Positions 21,082-30,810 of a stretch of DNA of 64,000 nt are shown in pieces. The DNA comes from a virus. The DNA lies in IMG/VR virus record IMGVR_UViG_3300042539_000280, positions 64,001-128,000 of that record. One strand, 5' to 3'. The number at the start of each line of letters is the position of its first letter. Positions within the stretch are counted from its first letter, which is position 1. The translations under genes and the position numbers were made by a program. The notes beneath the pieces are model-generated. The model was given only the letters and a program-made list of their open reading frames with translations. It did no database searches and was not told the origin of the DNA.

Positions 21082-21915
21082 TTATACTAACCTTCTGACA
21101 AAAGTATTTTCTGTGTTTGTAAGTCTAGCAAACTCATTGATAATCTGGAAATAATATTCTGCCTTGATTACCTTGATAAGTCTCTTGGCATCGTTCTTTC
21201 TCAATTCATAATCATAATTGGTAACCGCCTCACCATAAATTGTTTCTGTTACAGTCTTTCCATCGACATTATAGGTATTTGTTTCATTGGCAAATGCAAC
21301 TGAACCGAATTTGGTGACGTTCACGGCGTCATCATAATTCAAGTCTGCGGAAAGAAAGATCGGCGGATCAACGTCGTTATCGTCGGTAGTGAATACACTG
21401 GAATCGGATGTTCTAAATGTTTCGATGACATATGGAAGCCAGTATGTATAAGGTACATTAGGCATTTCTTCTGTCAATCTCTCGGCGTCGATGATATATC
21501 TATTTTCTGTGGTTACACCGGTAAATTCGTTTGTTCTAATAATTACCTTTTCATAATGATGAATTTCTGAGGAGGCGCTGTCAACCGAACCATATCTGTC
21601 AATAATCATTTTCTGAAAGGCATCATAATTGAGAGGCCAATCAAACTGTGGATCTAGCATTTTATTGGCATACAAAATCATCCAACCGGCACCAATATCA
21701 CCATAAACCTTTTCTGCCAGAATTTCTGGTGTATCAGAATCGTCTAGTTCATATACGGTATATGATGTGATATTATTCAAAATATCCTTGATCATACCCA
21801 GACGAAAGAAGATATCGGTTACGGTCTCATGTGAACCAGCACCGAAACCAGTATTATTGATATCATATTGCATTTTTGGAAAAGCACCGAAATATGGTGT
21901 GTTCTTATAAGTCAT
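21082..21915 (-). CDS. Baseplate wedge subunit gp53
   Basis: YFGAFP...DTPEILAEKVYGD...WMILYAN...DPQFDWP...IHHYE...NYDYE...NDAKRLIKVIK. Confidence 0.88.
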   Translation of the reverse strand: MTYKNTPYFGAFPKMQYDINNTGFGAGSHETVTDIFFRLGMIKDILNNITSYTVYELDDSDTPEILAEKVYGDIGAGWMILYANKMLDPQFDWPLNYDAFQKMIIDRYGSVDSASSEIHHYEKVIIRTNEFTGVTTENRYIIDAERLTEEMPNVPYTYWLPYVIETFRTSDSSVFTTDDNDVDPPIFLSADLNYDDAVNVTKFGSVAFANETNTYNVDGKTVTETIYGEAVTNYDYELRKNDAKRLIKVIKAEYYFQIINEFARLTNTENTFVRRLV

Positions 21916-21919
21916 TTAC

Positions 21920-22429
21920 TTACCTATTGAATACCCAGTCCTCGACTGGTAGTTGGATTGCCTTATCGTATTCATCAATATAAATTTCAATAAACTGTGA
22001 TCTACAATGGTTGAACAAATATCTTTTTATACATGGTCGTGATAAACTGTTTAGTCTTTTAGAACCCTGTAATAATTGATAACTCAATAACAGTTTGGTA
22101 GTTTCATCGTATTCTTTATTATTTTGAAACTTTACCAACTGGTCTAATAGTGCCTTACGTTGTCTTGCATCAAGATAGTGTAGATTTAGACCTAGAAAAC
22201 CATCCTGATATTGCTCAATGGGAAACACCATTGGAAACTTGTCATACTTGGGCAGATAGGCCTTGCCTTTTGGATCATACTTGAAGAAGTATAGATGACC
22301 AATAAGGGCATCCTCACGACCTCTCTGGTCGTTTCTAATAAGTATTTGTCTGGCCTGAGGTGATGCCGCATTTAGGGCCTTCTCAAATAACCATTTCTGT
22401 AAATCTTTGGACGAATACTTTTCTGCCAT
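21920..22429 (-). CDS. DNA end protector protein gp2
   Basis: GHLYFFKYDPKGK..LP.YDKFPMVF...GFLGLNLHYL...PCIKRYL. Confidence 0.9.
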   Translation of the reverse strand: MAEKYSSKDLQKWLFEKALNAASPQARQILIRNDQRGREDALIGHLYFFKYDPKGKAYLPKYDKFPMVFPIEQYQDGFLGLNLHYLDARQRKALLDQLVKFQNNKEYDETTKLLLSYQLLQGSKRLNSLSRPCIKRYLFNHCRSQFIEIYIDEYDKAIQLPVEDWVFNR

Positions 22430-22442
22430 ATAGGTATTTATG

Positions 22443-22889
22443 CTATTTCCTAAACAGTTGTTCCTCGGTTATTAGCAGAAATTCCCATCCTCGATCCTTA
22501 CAAAATTCTTCGGCAGCCTTCCATTTCGCCTGATTTATTCCGTAAGTAACGACCTCGGTAATATATCCTTTTGTCTTGCGTTTCTTAGGAACAGGCTCTT
22601 GCGTCTGGGCCTTAGGTTTGACCTCTAAAAGCATCTTGGCGGTCTGGCCGTTGCTCCTAACCGCCTCCACATAAAAGTCCACAAAGTATCGATGGGGTCG
22701 ATTATCGACTGGTGAGATATACGGAATTACTACCTCTTCCGAGCACCATCGTTTGACATTAGGATTGGTATCTGCCCAATCCATAACTCTCTTTTCCCAT
22801 CCTGACCTATATACGATATTCTTAGCATCACCAATATATTTGTCAGGATTTTTGGGCGTGAATATTCCTTGTTTGTAATTGTATGCCAT
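22443..22889 (-). CDS. Head completion nuclease gp4
   Basis: G.F.PKNPDKYIGD..NIVYRSGWE...W.SEEVVIPYISPVD..HRYFVDF...EVKP...NQAKWKAA. Confidence 0.93.
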   Translation of the reverse strand: MAYNYKQGIFTPKNPDKYIGDAKNIVYRSGWEKRVMDWADTNPNVKRWCSEEVVIPYISPVDNRPHRYFVDFYVEAVRSNGQTAKMLLEVKPKAQTQEPVPKKRKTKGYITEVVTYGINQAKWKAAEEFCKDRGWEFLLITEEQLFRK

Positions 22890-22933
22890 AAATCCTCACT
22901 AAATATATGTAGTCAAAATATTTGGAGTAATAT

Positions 22934-23689
22934 ATGCCCGGTCCAAGACTAGCATTTCCACAGATAGTCGAGAACGAACAGAATGGCCACTGGATGAATA
23001 TTCAGGCGGTTGGTCGTGGTAATGACAATACACCACAAGCAACTGTCACACTGTTTATTCCAGGTGGTGGAACAAATAGCACCAACTTAGTTTGGGAAAC
23101 AAGACACGACTATCAGGAATCAAAACTATCTAAAATTATTGCTGGTGCCGCTGCAAATATTCCACTTATTGGTACCGCAATTGGTGCCGTTCAAGGTGCT
23201 GCGCCTATGATGGGTGGTGCTATCAATCCTAAGGTTGAGGTTCTATATCGTGACACCAACCTTAGAACATTTCAGTTTAGTTTCGTTATGGTGCCTTCAT
23301 CACCAGATGACAGTCAGGCCCTAAGAGAGATTGTCAAGACCCTTAGAAAGTTCTCCTCTCCAACTCTGGTGGGTGGTAAAAGTGATCCAAGACAGGGTTA
23401 TATTGGTGTAAATGCAGGTGCCGGCAATTATCTTTCCACTGGTGGTCTGTTTCTATCACCATCAGAATTTACCATCGATTTCTATTATAAAGACAAAAAC
23501 GGTCAGACATTACAAAACACAAATCTACCAAGAATTGGTCGCTGCGTTATTGATGCCATCGATATCAACTATACACCACAAGGTGAGTGGAGCACCTACC
23601 ATGACGGTATGCCCACACAAGCAATGCTCACAATGGTCTTTAGAGAAATGAGAGTTATTGATAGCCAGAACATCGAGGACGGATACTAA
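22934..23689 (+). CDS. Baseplate tail-tube cap gp48-like
   Basis: INPKVEVLY....RTFQFSF.MVP.S..DS...CVI..IDINYTP.G.....DGMP....LTMVFRE. Confidence 0.8.
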   Translation: MPGPRLAFPQIVENEQNGHWMNIQAVGRGNDNTPQATVTLFIPGGGTNSTNLVWETRHDYQESKLSKIIAGAAANIPLIGTAIGAVQGAAPMMGGAINPKVEVLYRDTNLRTFQFSFVMVPSSPDDSQALREIVKTLRKFSSPTLVGGKSDPRQGYIGVNAGAGNYLSTGGLFLSPSEFTIDFYYKDKNGQTLQNTNLPRIGRCVIDAIDINYTPQGEWSTYHDGMPTQAMLTMVFREMRVIDSQNIEDGY

Positions 23690-24294
23690 TGCCTAGCGTA
23701 TCACAGACTAATGTACCTCAGGGGTTGAATTTAGACAAATTTAGAACGGCCATGAACCAAGGCGGTCAAATCGCCCGTTCATGTCGTTTTGTTGTCGTTA
23801 TTGAACCACCAACTGGTATCAAAACTAAAATGCCTGATGATCTTCATCTGATGTGTGAGGCAGCAGAATTACCTGGTCGTGGTTTCGACGTTGTGCAGAC
23901 CAGATATTATGGACCTGGTATGGTGTTTCCAAATAACACTCTCTATAATACTGCCAATTTCCAGTTTATTTGCCGTAATAATTCTGCCGAAAGATATTTC
24001 TTTGATGAATGGATGGAGTTTATCAATCCAACCACTACATTCAATTTTTCTTATCCTCAGGATTATTGGGCAAGAGTTCAAATTTATCAGTTGTCAGAGA
24101 TTGGTATAGGTTCACCAAACACTAAAATGGATGCAACCACAAAATTGAGACAAAATTCCACATATAGATGGACACTAAACTATGCCTGGCCTACACTGGT
24201 CAATCCACAGCAAGTTACATGGGCGGATCAGGACGTTCTAAGATTACAGGTCACATTCTCATATAAGTATTGGGACAGACCAGAGGTACAATAA
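23689..24294 (+). CDS. Tail tube initiator (gp54/gp19-like)
   Basis: RFVVVI...LMCEAAELPGR...RYYGP...FFDEWMEFI...AWPT.V....W.......LQVTFSYKYW. Confidence 0.75.
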   Translation: MPSVSQTNVPQGLNLDKFRTAMNQGGQIARSCRFVVVIEPPTGIKTKMPDDLHLMCEAAELPGRGFDVVQTRYYGPGMVFPNNTLYNTANFQFICRNNSAERYFFDEWMEFINPTTTFNFSYPQDYWARVQIYQLSEIGIGSPNTKMDATTKLRQNSTYRWTLNYAWPTLVNPQQVTWADQDVLRLQVTFSYKYWDRPEVQ

Positions 24295-24309
24295 TAACTG
24301 GAGTATATT

Positions 24310-25035
24310 ATGCCATTACCTAAAATTGATTTACCAACGTATGAACTAACTGTACCAATGTCTGACGATACTATTATTGTTAGACCATTTTCGGTAAAAG
24401 AAGAAAAACTATTATTGATTGCAATGGAGTCGAAAGACCCTAATGAAATTACTAAGACGGTCAAACAGGTAATTACTAATTGTATTATCAAAGGTAATTT
24501 GAATATTGATAAATTACCATTCTTTGTTGTTGATCATATATTCGTGTTTCTTAGAGCAAAGTCTATCGGTGAGTCCATCGAGGTAAATCTCACCTGTAAT
24601 AATACACTGGACAGTGGTGAGATTTGTAATAATGTATTCCCTGCTATGATGGATATCTCCAATTGTGAGATAGCAATATCAGAAGGGGTTAGTGACGATA
24701 TCAAATTGAGTACCGATAAAGGTGTGAAGATGCGATATCCAAACTATGCTACAATGAAAAGAATTGAGGCAGGATCGGATATTGACCAGATATCCAATAC
24801 AATCGTAAACTCGATTGACTATATCTGGGACAAGGACGGTCAATATTCGTGGAAAGATTACTCGAAAGAAGAACTAAAAGAGTTCGTTGAAAGTCTGACG
24901 GAAGAGAATTACAAGAAACTACAGGCCTTCACTGAAAATCTACCAACGTTCTTGGTAAAACTGGAAGCAACCTGTAATAAATGTGGATTCCATCATGAAG
25001 TGAGGTATTCAGATTTCTACGATTTTTTTACATAA
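24310..25035 (+). CDS. Baseplate hub assembly protein gp26-like
   Basis: MPLPKIDLPTYEL...RPFSVKEEKLLLIA...FLRAKSIGE...MRYP...C-terminal CNKCG and FF end. Confidence 0.9.
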   Translation: MPLPKIDLPTYELTVPMSDDTIIVRPFSVKEEKLLLIAMESKDPNEITKTVKQVITNCIIKGNLNIDKLPFFVVDHIFVFLRAKSIGESIEVNLTCNNTLDSGEICNNVFPAMMDISNCEIAISEGVSDDIKLSTDKGVKMRYPNYATMKRIEAGSDIDQISNTIVNSIDYIWDKDGQYSWKDYSKEELKEFVESLTEENYKKLQAFTENLPTFLVKLEATCNKCGFHHEVRYSDFYDFFT

Positions 25036-25037
25036 TA

Positions 25038-25256
25038 ATGGGTCACGACCGACTGGCAAATCATTATAAAACCCAGTTTGGTTTGGTTCAGCATCATAAA
25101 TGGAATTTAGATACACTTGAATCAATGATGCCCTGGGAAAGATATATCTATGTTGACCTGCTACAGGCGTGGTTACAAGAAGAAGAAAAGAAAAGAATAG
25201 ATAAAGAGAACGAACTAAAGGCACAAATGTCGTCTCTAACTAGAAGAAAGATGTAA
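25038..25256 (+). CDS. Baseplate hub assembly catalyst gp51-like (possibly made as a -1 frameshift extension of gp26)
   Basis: L.NHYKTQFGLVQHHKWNLDTLESMMPWERYIYVDLL; no SD before the ATG. Confidence 0.85.
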   Translation: MGHDRLANHYKTQFGLVQHHKWNLDTLESMMPWERYIYVDLLQAWLQEEEKKRIDKENELKAQMSSLTRRKM

Positions 25257-28200
25257 ATGGCCAATAAACCTAATAAAGACGCCTTCAATAGACTAAAGAA
25301 GATGACACCTCGCCAGCGTCAGGAATTGGCACAAACTCCTGATGGCCGTTCTCTATTAGGTTTGCTTACACCTACCCAGTTTGCCGAACTATTCCCAAAG
25401 TATTATGAAAGAGGTTTACCAGACGTTTCTGGTTTCCGTGCTGCTATCTCTAAGAAGTCACAAGAGGCACAGCAAAAGTATTTCGAAGAAATTGATCAAC
25501 GCCTAGGCACAGCAAGACCAGGTAGCAAAGGTGCTGGCGGCGCCGCTGGCGGAGGAGGCGGAGGCGGTGTAGTCAAAGGACCATATTCTGCCTCACATTA
25601 TGTTGCACTATTGAAGCAGGCAGGATTCTCTGATAAAGATGCCGTATTGATGGCGGCAGTTGGTATGCAGGAATCTTCTGGTAATTTGAGAGCAGCAAAC
25701 GATAAGAATCCTGATAGAGAAAGATCATACGGTCTATTTCAGATCAATATCAATGCTCACCCTTTTAGCAGTCCAGAAATGAAATATGCTGGTGTTACCA
25801 GTGTAGAAGATTTGTATGACCCAGCAAAGAACGCCAAGGTCGCATACTATCTATATTATAAGGCCGGCGGCATTCACCATTGGGGTGGTTATACAGACGG
25901 TGGTTATAAGCAATATATGGCCGCCGCACAGGCCGCAGCAGATACACCTGCCGGTATTCCTAGTGTTGGTGCATCTACAGGCGGCGCATTGCCAGCAGGA
26001 TCATATGAATATTCTGGTGGTTATATTGTACCTAAAGATAAAACACTATACGATAAAGGTAATTCAGAACAATGCGCCACTTTAGGTAAGGCGTTCAACC
26101 CTAATGTTGGTCGTGCATCTGGTTGGGCAGGCAAAGTAAGTTTTGATCCTGGTGCTATCAAACCAGGCGTTATGCTTGCCACATTGAAATATAATGAGGG
26201 TCAGAGTAGAGAAGGCGCCGGATACCACACCGTAGTATCACTTGGTAAACCTGATAAAAACGGACAACTATGGGTATTGGAACAGTCCTCAGGTCGTCCA
26301 GCACATATCACACAAAGAAGCATTTATGATTATGCTGGTATCAAAGGTAATAACTTTGGTATCGTAGGCGGTAATGCTCAACAATCTGTAGAGGCATTGC
26401 AAGTTGGCCGCCAAATGGCCGCAGCAAGAGGTATGGATAATGTCGTCAAAGAGATTGATGGACATATCTTTGACCTATCAAATAAACCTGCCAGTGAAAA
26501 GGTTTCATCCGATCCAAAAGAGATTGAGAAGATTTCACCAACAAATGCGGCCGCAACCGCAGAGGTCAAGGCTGCTATTGCTGCGGCACCACCACAACCA
26601 ACATCTAATCAACAATCTGCCGATCTAACCAGCACATTCAATATCAGCAAGGCCGGATTCTTATCAAACATTCATGAAAACCATATGTTTGTTCCGTTCT
26701 CTGATGAAAGTCTATTACAGCAGACAAGAGACGGATTCAAAAAGGCCGGCGTACCATTCACCGAAACTGGTGACAGTATCAAGGTAAAGATTAGTCCAAA
26801 AGACCCTCGTTATCTTGATGCAATTCAGGAAATGAAGGCCAATAGTCTGCAACCAGACAAGTTTATTACCGAACAAAAGAAAGGTGCTTCTCTATCTGAT
26901 AAACTACAGCAAGAGTTTGGCGTAGCATCCGCACAAGCAAGAGAATTGGATCTATCTGATCCTGCCACAAGAGCAGCAATTCTGGAACAGCATCGTAAAG
27001 GTGGTGCTAACGTATTGCCTGAAATGCCACAAGCAACCGCTAAGGTTGATGCGGTCAAGATGCGACAAAAGATTGAACAGTATTACGGTAAACCAATCAA
27101 CGACCGTGAATATGACATGCTACTCCGTGCCACACATGGTGAGTCATCTGCAAAGAAGCATGTACCAGAAGAACATGCAATGATTATGGGTACCATTCTA
27201 AACCGTGCTAAGAGCAATAAGGGTGGTATTGAAGGTGCATTGATGGCACGTTATCAGTTCGAATCGGTTACAGGAAGAACAAAAGGTAAGTTCGCACCTA
27301 ATCCTGCATATAAGGCAGGCCCATCGGAACGCCGTATGCAGTCCATTTATGACGGTGTAATGGGTCATCTTCATAACGTATCGGAAAAGCAGAAGTATTT
27401 TACCTCAGAAGGTATCAAGAATAAGTGGCGTGACAAAATGATCCGCACCATGGATACCCAGGTAATTGCTGGTACCAGATTTGGTACCAAGTTAGGAACA
27501 GGTGCACCACCTGAAACAACGGCAGTGGCACAGGTCCAACCTCCCTCACCTACACCTCAGGTACAGGAATCTACACTAACGGAAAGAATCAAAAGAGAGA
27601 TAGCACCAGTTACCCCTGCGTATGCTGGTGAGGCACCAAAGACTTCTCCTTCAACGGAACCAAAGAGAGAGGTGAAGGCACCTACACCTACACCCACACC
27701 AGAGACTAAGGCATCAACTCCAGAGTTTCCTAAGAATAAGACTACCGAAACTCCAACACCGCCTACACGTCCAACGGCAATAGTGAAACCACCAGAACCT
27801 GTAAAGGCACCTGACGAATCCTCAACAAAGAATTTCTTGAGGTCACAAGGTATTCCTGGTGCGTCTGACGGCGGATCATTCAATGTGCCTAAAGGTAATA
27901 TTAGTTTTTATCCATTGGATAGAAAAGATGACATGGCCGCAGTTGATACAGCAACGCAAAGACCACTATTCACAGCCAAGACTGGAGAACAGATTGGTGT
28001 AGGACAGGGTAGAGTTGATGTGACACCATCACAGAGAGTAAATGGTAATTCTGTAGGTTCGGCAGGTGATGGATTGGATTCTGTTAGACATGCTATGGTA
28101 GCGGCATTTGCTGGATCGGGTCAAGGCGCCGATGTAAATGTGCGTCAACCAATTCAAAGTACCAGACCTTTCGACACAAACTTTGTCGATAATCTAACAA

Positions 28201-28319
28201 AGCAGAATAAACAACCTTGGAATAATCCTGCTTTTGAACGTGCTATGCATAGAACAAGAGGGTTTGAAAGTGGTGATCCTCTAAACAATCACTTTAGTTC
28301 CAATAACACGAACGCATAA
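25257..28319 (+). CDS. Tape-measure/hub (gp29-position) protein with peptidoglycan hydrolase domains
   Basis: Position after gp26/gp51; SLT-type motif QESSGN...SYGLFQIN...DPAKNAK; Cys/His amidase-like QCATL...YHTVV...WVLEQ; SleB-like ATHGES...TILNRA...YQFESV; Pro/Thr-rich linker. Confidence 0.65.
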   Translation: MANKPNKDAFNRLKKMTPRQRQELAQTPDGRSLLGLLTPTQFAELFPKYYERGLPDVSGFRAAISKKSQEAQQKYFEEIDQRLGTARPGSKGAGGAAGGGGGGGVVKGPYSASHYVALLKQAGFSDKDAVLMAAVGMQESSGNLRAANDKNPDRERSYGLFQININAHPFSSPEMKYAGVTSVEDLYDPAKNAKVAYYLYYKAGGIHHWGGYTDGGYKQYMAAAQAAADTPAGIPSVGASTGGALPAGSYEYSGGYIVPKDKTLYDKGNSEQCATLGKAFNPNVGRASGWAGKVSFDPGAIKPGVMLATLKYNEGQSREGAGYHTVVSLGKPDKNGQLWVLEQSSGRPAHITQRSIYDYAGIKGNNFGIVGGNAQQSVEALQVGRQMAAARGMDNVVKEIDGHIFDLSNKPASEKVSSDPKEIEKISPTNAAATAEVKAAIAAAPPQPTSNQQSADLTSTFNISKAGFLSNIHENHMFVPFSDESLLQQTRDGFKKAGVPFTETGDSIKVKISPKDPRYLDAIQEMKANSLQPDKFITEQKKGASLSDKLQQEFGVASAQARELDLSDPATRAAILEQHRKGGANVLPEMPQATAKVDAVKMRQKIEQYYGKPINDREYDMLLRATHGESSAKKHVPEEHAMIMGTILNRAKSNKGGIEGALMARYQFESVTGRTKGKFAPNPAYKAGPSERRMQSIYDGVMGHLHNVSEKQKYFTSEGIKNKWRDKMIRTMDTQVIAGTRFGTKLGTGAPPETTAVAQVQPPSPTPQVQESTLTERIKREIAPVTPAYAGEAPKTSPSTEPKREVKAPTPTPTPETKASTPEFPKNKTTETPTPPTRPTAIVKPPEPVKAPDESSTKNFLRSQGIPGASDGGSFNVPKGNISFYPLDRKDDMAAVDTATQRPLFTAKTGEQIGVGQGRVDVTPSQRVNGNSVGSAGDGLDSVRHAMVAAFAGSGQGADVNVRQPIQSTRPFDTNFVDNLTKQNKQPWNNPAFERAMHRTRGFESGDPLNNHFSSNNTNA

Positions 28320-28343
28320 AAAAGCGGGGCATTTCTGCCCCGC
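28318..28343 (-). terminator. Intrinsic terminator between the convergent gp29-like and gp32 genes
   Basis: GCGGGGCA-gaaa-TGCCCCGC stem followed by T6 on the minus strand. Confidence 0.85.
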
Positions 28344-28368
28344 CTCTCAATAATTATCTTGTAGAGTC

Positions 28369-29316
28369 TCAGTCCTCAGCCAACTTACGAAACATGGCCA
28401 AATCTTCGTCCTCGTCATCATCAGATGATGATGGTGCTGGCGTAAATACTGGCTTTGAATTTGTAAAAGGGACTTCTTCATCCTCCACAACTGGTGCTGG
28501 CTTACGAGCAACTGGTGCCTCGTCACCAAGACCGTTTACCTCGTCTAGGCGCTTCTTTAGTTCCTCATAGGTCTTGAAGTTCTTACGATCAACAATCTCC
28601 TTTAGAGAATACTCTGACTTCCAGACTGCTTCCATTTCGGAATCATCCTCTGATAGAGGTGCTGGAGCCAGAAACACCGATTCGTCATAATTAGGGAAAC
28701 TTACGTTACGACCACCAATATTGACGTTCTGACGGGTCATCTTCAACTTGAACGGCGCACCCTTCCAAAGATCGGTTGGGTTGATGCGTGGTTCGGACTC
28801 AAGGTCAGGATTCATCATCTTAGTGATCTTATCCATGATCTTCTTACCAAACTTGAATAGAAACACCTTACCCTCGGCGTCCTTATTCTGTGGATCGGAG
28901 ACCACATAGACATTAGCCACATAATGTAGACGACGCTTCTGGTCACGGGCCTGCTTTCGCTCCGGACCGTTATCATCAGTGGTGGAGTTCCAAAGTTTGG
29001 AGTTATACTCGGCAACAGGATCCTTTTCATCGAAAGTCGTTAGAGACTTTTCAATGTACCATTTACCTGTTGACTTGTTCTGGAATCCGTGATCCCAATA
29101 ACGAACCCAAGGAAGGGCATCGTCGCCGTCAACGGCAGGACCAGGTAGGAATCGGATGACTGCTAGTGCATTACCTGACTTATCGGGTGTGGGTTTCCAA
29201 TAGTTGTCAGTTTCATCACGATCAAAGTTCTTACCTCCGGGGTTATTGATCTTCTCTACTTCCTTTAGTAGATTGTCAAATTTACCAGAGTTCTTTTTTA
29301 GATTTGAAAAGTTCAT
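28369..29316 (-). CDS. Single-stranded DNA-binding protein gp32
   Basis: WKP..DKSGN..AVIRFLP...HGFQ...WYIE.SLTT...DPV.EYN...KR.LHY.ANVYVV.DP...GKVFLFKFGKKI..NYDES; acidic C-tail ending FRKLAED. Confidence 0.95.
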   Translation of the reverse strand: MNFSNLKKNSGKFDNLLKEVEKINNPGGKNFDRDETDNYWKPTPDKSGNALAVIRFLPGPAVDGDDALPWVRYWDHGFQNKSTGKWYIEKSLTTFDEKDPVAEYNSKLWNSTTDDNGPERKQARDQKRRLHYVANVYVVSDPQNKDAEGKVFLFKFGKKIMDKITKMMNPDLESEPRINPTDLWKGAPFKLKMTRQNVNIGGRNVSFPNYDESVFLAPAPLSEDDSEMEAVWKSEYSLKEIVDRKNFKTYEELKKRLDEVNGLGDEAPVARKPAPVVEDEEVPFTNSKPVFTPAPSSSDDDEDEDLAMFRKLAED

Positions 29317-29354
29317 TGTATGCTCCTTGTATGAACGTTGTATAGTCGTTGTAT
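29316..29354 (-). repeat. Four ATACAA repeats at exact 11-nt period in the gp32 leader (candidate autogenous translational operator)
   Basis: Plus-strand TTGTAT at 29316, 29327, 29338 and 29349; the repeats bracket the AAGGAG SD and the last one overlaps the ATG. Confidence 0.7.
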
Positions 29355-29379
29355 GTCACATTACCATAACAATATAAAG

Positions 29380-29408
29380 ATTATAACAGGGGCCGAGGCC
29401 CCTGTCAA
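29380..29408 (-). promoter_or_regulatory. Consensus sigma70 promoter for gp32 with a palindromic spacer
   Basis: TTGACA-GGGGCCTCGGCCCCTGT(17)-TATAAT; inverted repeat ACAGGGGCC/GGCCCCTGT at 29386-29405. Confidence 0.85.
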
Positions 29409-29640
29409 GTGATATTATAGGCCAAAAGCAACCTTTTCGATTTCTTTTCCACTTGTTCTGTGGACAACCTTATCCTTCACTATCTTAAAAGAAGGATGGT
29501 TGAGATAAAGATAGTTGATAATTTCTGCTGCCTTATCTGGGGTATTGTCCGCAATAATAAGAGCAGTAGCCTTTAGCATTTCTTCTTTAGTCATCGATTT
29601 CTCCTGATAAGAATACTACCTTTTATGGTAGTGTTCCTAT

Positions 29641-29967
29641 TTAGCAACCCACATTATCAACGGACATGCCAGTAACAAAATGTTCGTTCAGGGAATAGGA
29701 TAGACCACCAGTAGGAACACTGGCAACCGGAGGATCAGAAACATATCCACCGGCAGTCACAGGAGTTCCCATTACCGCACTTCCTCTTGGAATAGGACCA
29801 GTAGGCGTAGCACCACCGTAATATACTGGCGGAAAGTTCTGATAGTTCATTTCCTTCTTAGCAGCGGCATAACCATCAGCGAAACCTTCCCGATATGCCT
29901 TCTTCCATTCTTCATTATTCATCCATTCCACTCCATATCCGGATCGTTTAGATCCTCCCATTCCCAT
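29641..29967 (-). CDS. Hypothetical protein (true start probably MNNEEWKK)
   Basis: AYREGFADGY motif; the N-terminal extension overlaps the upstream gene. Confidence 0.5.
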   Translation of the reverse strand: MGMGGSKRSGYGVEWMNNEEWKKAYREGFADGYAAAKKEMNYQNFPPVYYGGATPTGPIPRGSAVMGTPVTAGGYVSDPPVASVPTGGLSYSLNEHFVTGMSVDNVGC

Positions 29968-30221
29968 TTACCAATGGAATCTCTGTTTGTCTGTTCAACG
30001 GCCTGGCATTCAAACTTCCGTTCCTGCCAAGTCTTTTCGTTATGATACTTTCTAGGGTTACCACACATCCAACAAGAGCAATGAAAGGCGTTTACCTTGT
30101 GTAATCTGTGCTTGTTGTTATCGTTATAATAACCATGATTGAATGTCTTGGCAATATCCAACTGGTGTTCGATATGTCTATCTTTTTGTAGGAATCTCTT
30201 TTGTCGTTTCTCTTTGCTCAT
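29919..30221 (-). CDS. Hypothetical protein with CxCxxCGNPRK motif
   Basis: HCSCWMCGNPRK...KTWQE, a recurrent small phage protein pattern. Confidence 0.6.
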   Translation of the reverse strand: MSKEKRQKRFLQKDRHIEHQLDIAKTFNHGYYNDNNKHRLHKVNAFHCSCWMCGNPRKYHNEKTWQERKFECQAVEQTNRDSIGKWEWEDLNDPDMEWNG

Positions 30222-30810
30222 TCACTTTCCCTTTCAGTATGTCTTTCATCTTCACTTTATCATACTTTAGGAACGGTCTATACTTTCTGAGTTTGAGGGA
30301 GATAGGCGACCATAATGGATCGGTCACTCCCAAATGGTCATCGAATTTGGAAAAGTATGGTATAAAATCGGCGGTGATGACCATAGACTCTGGTGATATA
30401 TAGCCACCGAGATAAAGACTAATGATATAAGGATACTCGCCTGTGCTAATAGTAAAAGGCTTTGTAATGCCATTACGGAATAACCGATCCAATTCATTGG
30501 TAAACGTATATGAAATGGACTGCCTTCGGCGCAAGTAGTCGAGGTATGTATCTCTCGAATCCTGGTCCAAAAGTTCTGTAACATAATGTCTATCTTTGAG
30601 AAAGTTGGCAATATAAAAGTCCTTTAGTTCTTCTGTCTTATACTCTCTGGCCAGTTTGTCAAAGAAGGCCTTATCATGTCTTTTCTGGTATGACTCCTTG
30701 TTTGCACGGAGTTTACCATGCATTTGAAAGAAGTCATACCTCTCATTAGTGAAATGGGTCCTAAGTGCTAAGAATAGCAGATAGGCCCCATAACCGGTAA
30801 AGTGGTTCAT
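30178..30810 (-). CDS. Helicase loader gp59
   Basis: AYLLFLALRTHFT...YDFF...GK......Y.KR.DK.FF.KL...ANF...KYRPFL; located next to gp32 and gp33. Confidence 0.88.
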   Translation of the reverse strand: MNHFTGYGAYLLFLALRTHFTNERYDFFQMHGKLRANKESYQKRHDKAFFDKLAREYKTEELKDFYIANFLKDRHYVTELLDQDSRDTYLDYLRRRQSISYTFTNELDRLFRNGITKPFTISTGEYPYIISLYLGGYISPESMVITADFIPYFSKFDDHLGVTDPLWSPISLKLRKYRPFLKYDKVKMKDILKGKVNEQRETTKEIPTKR

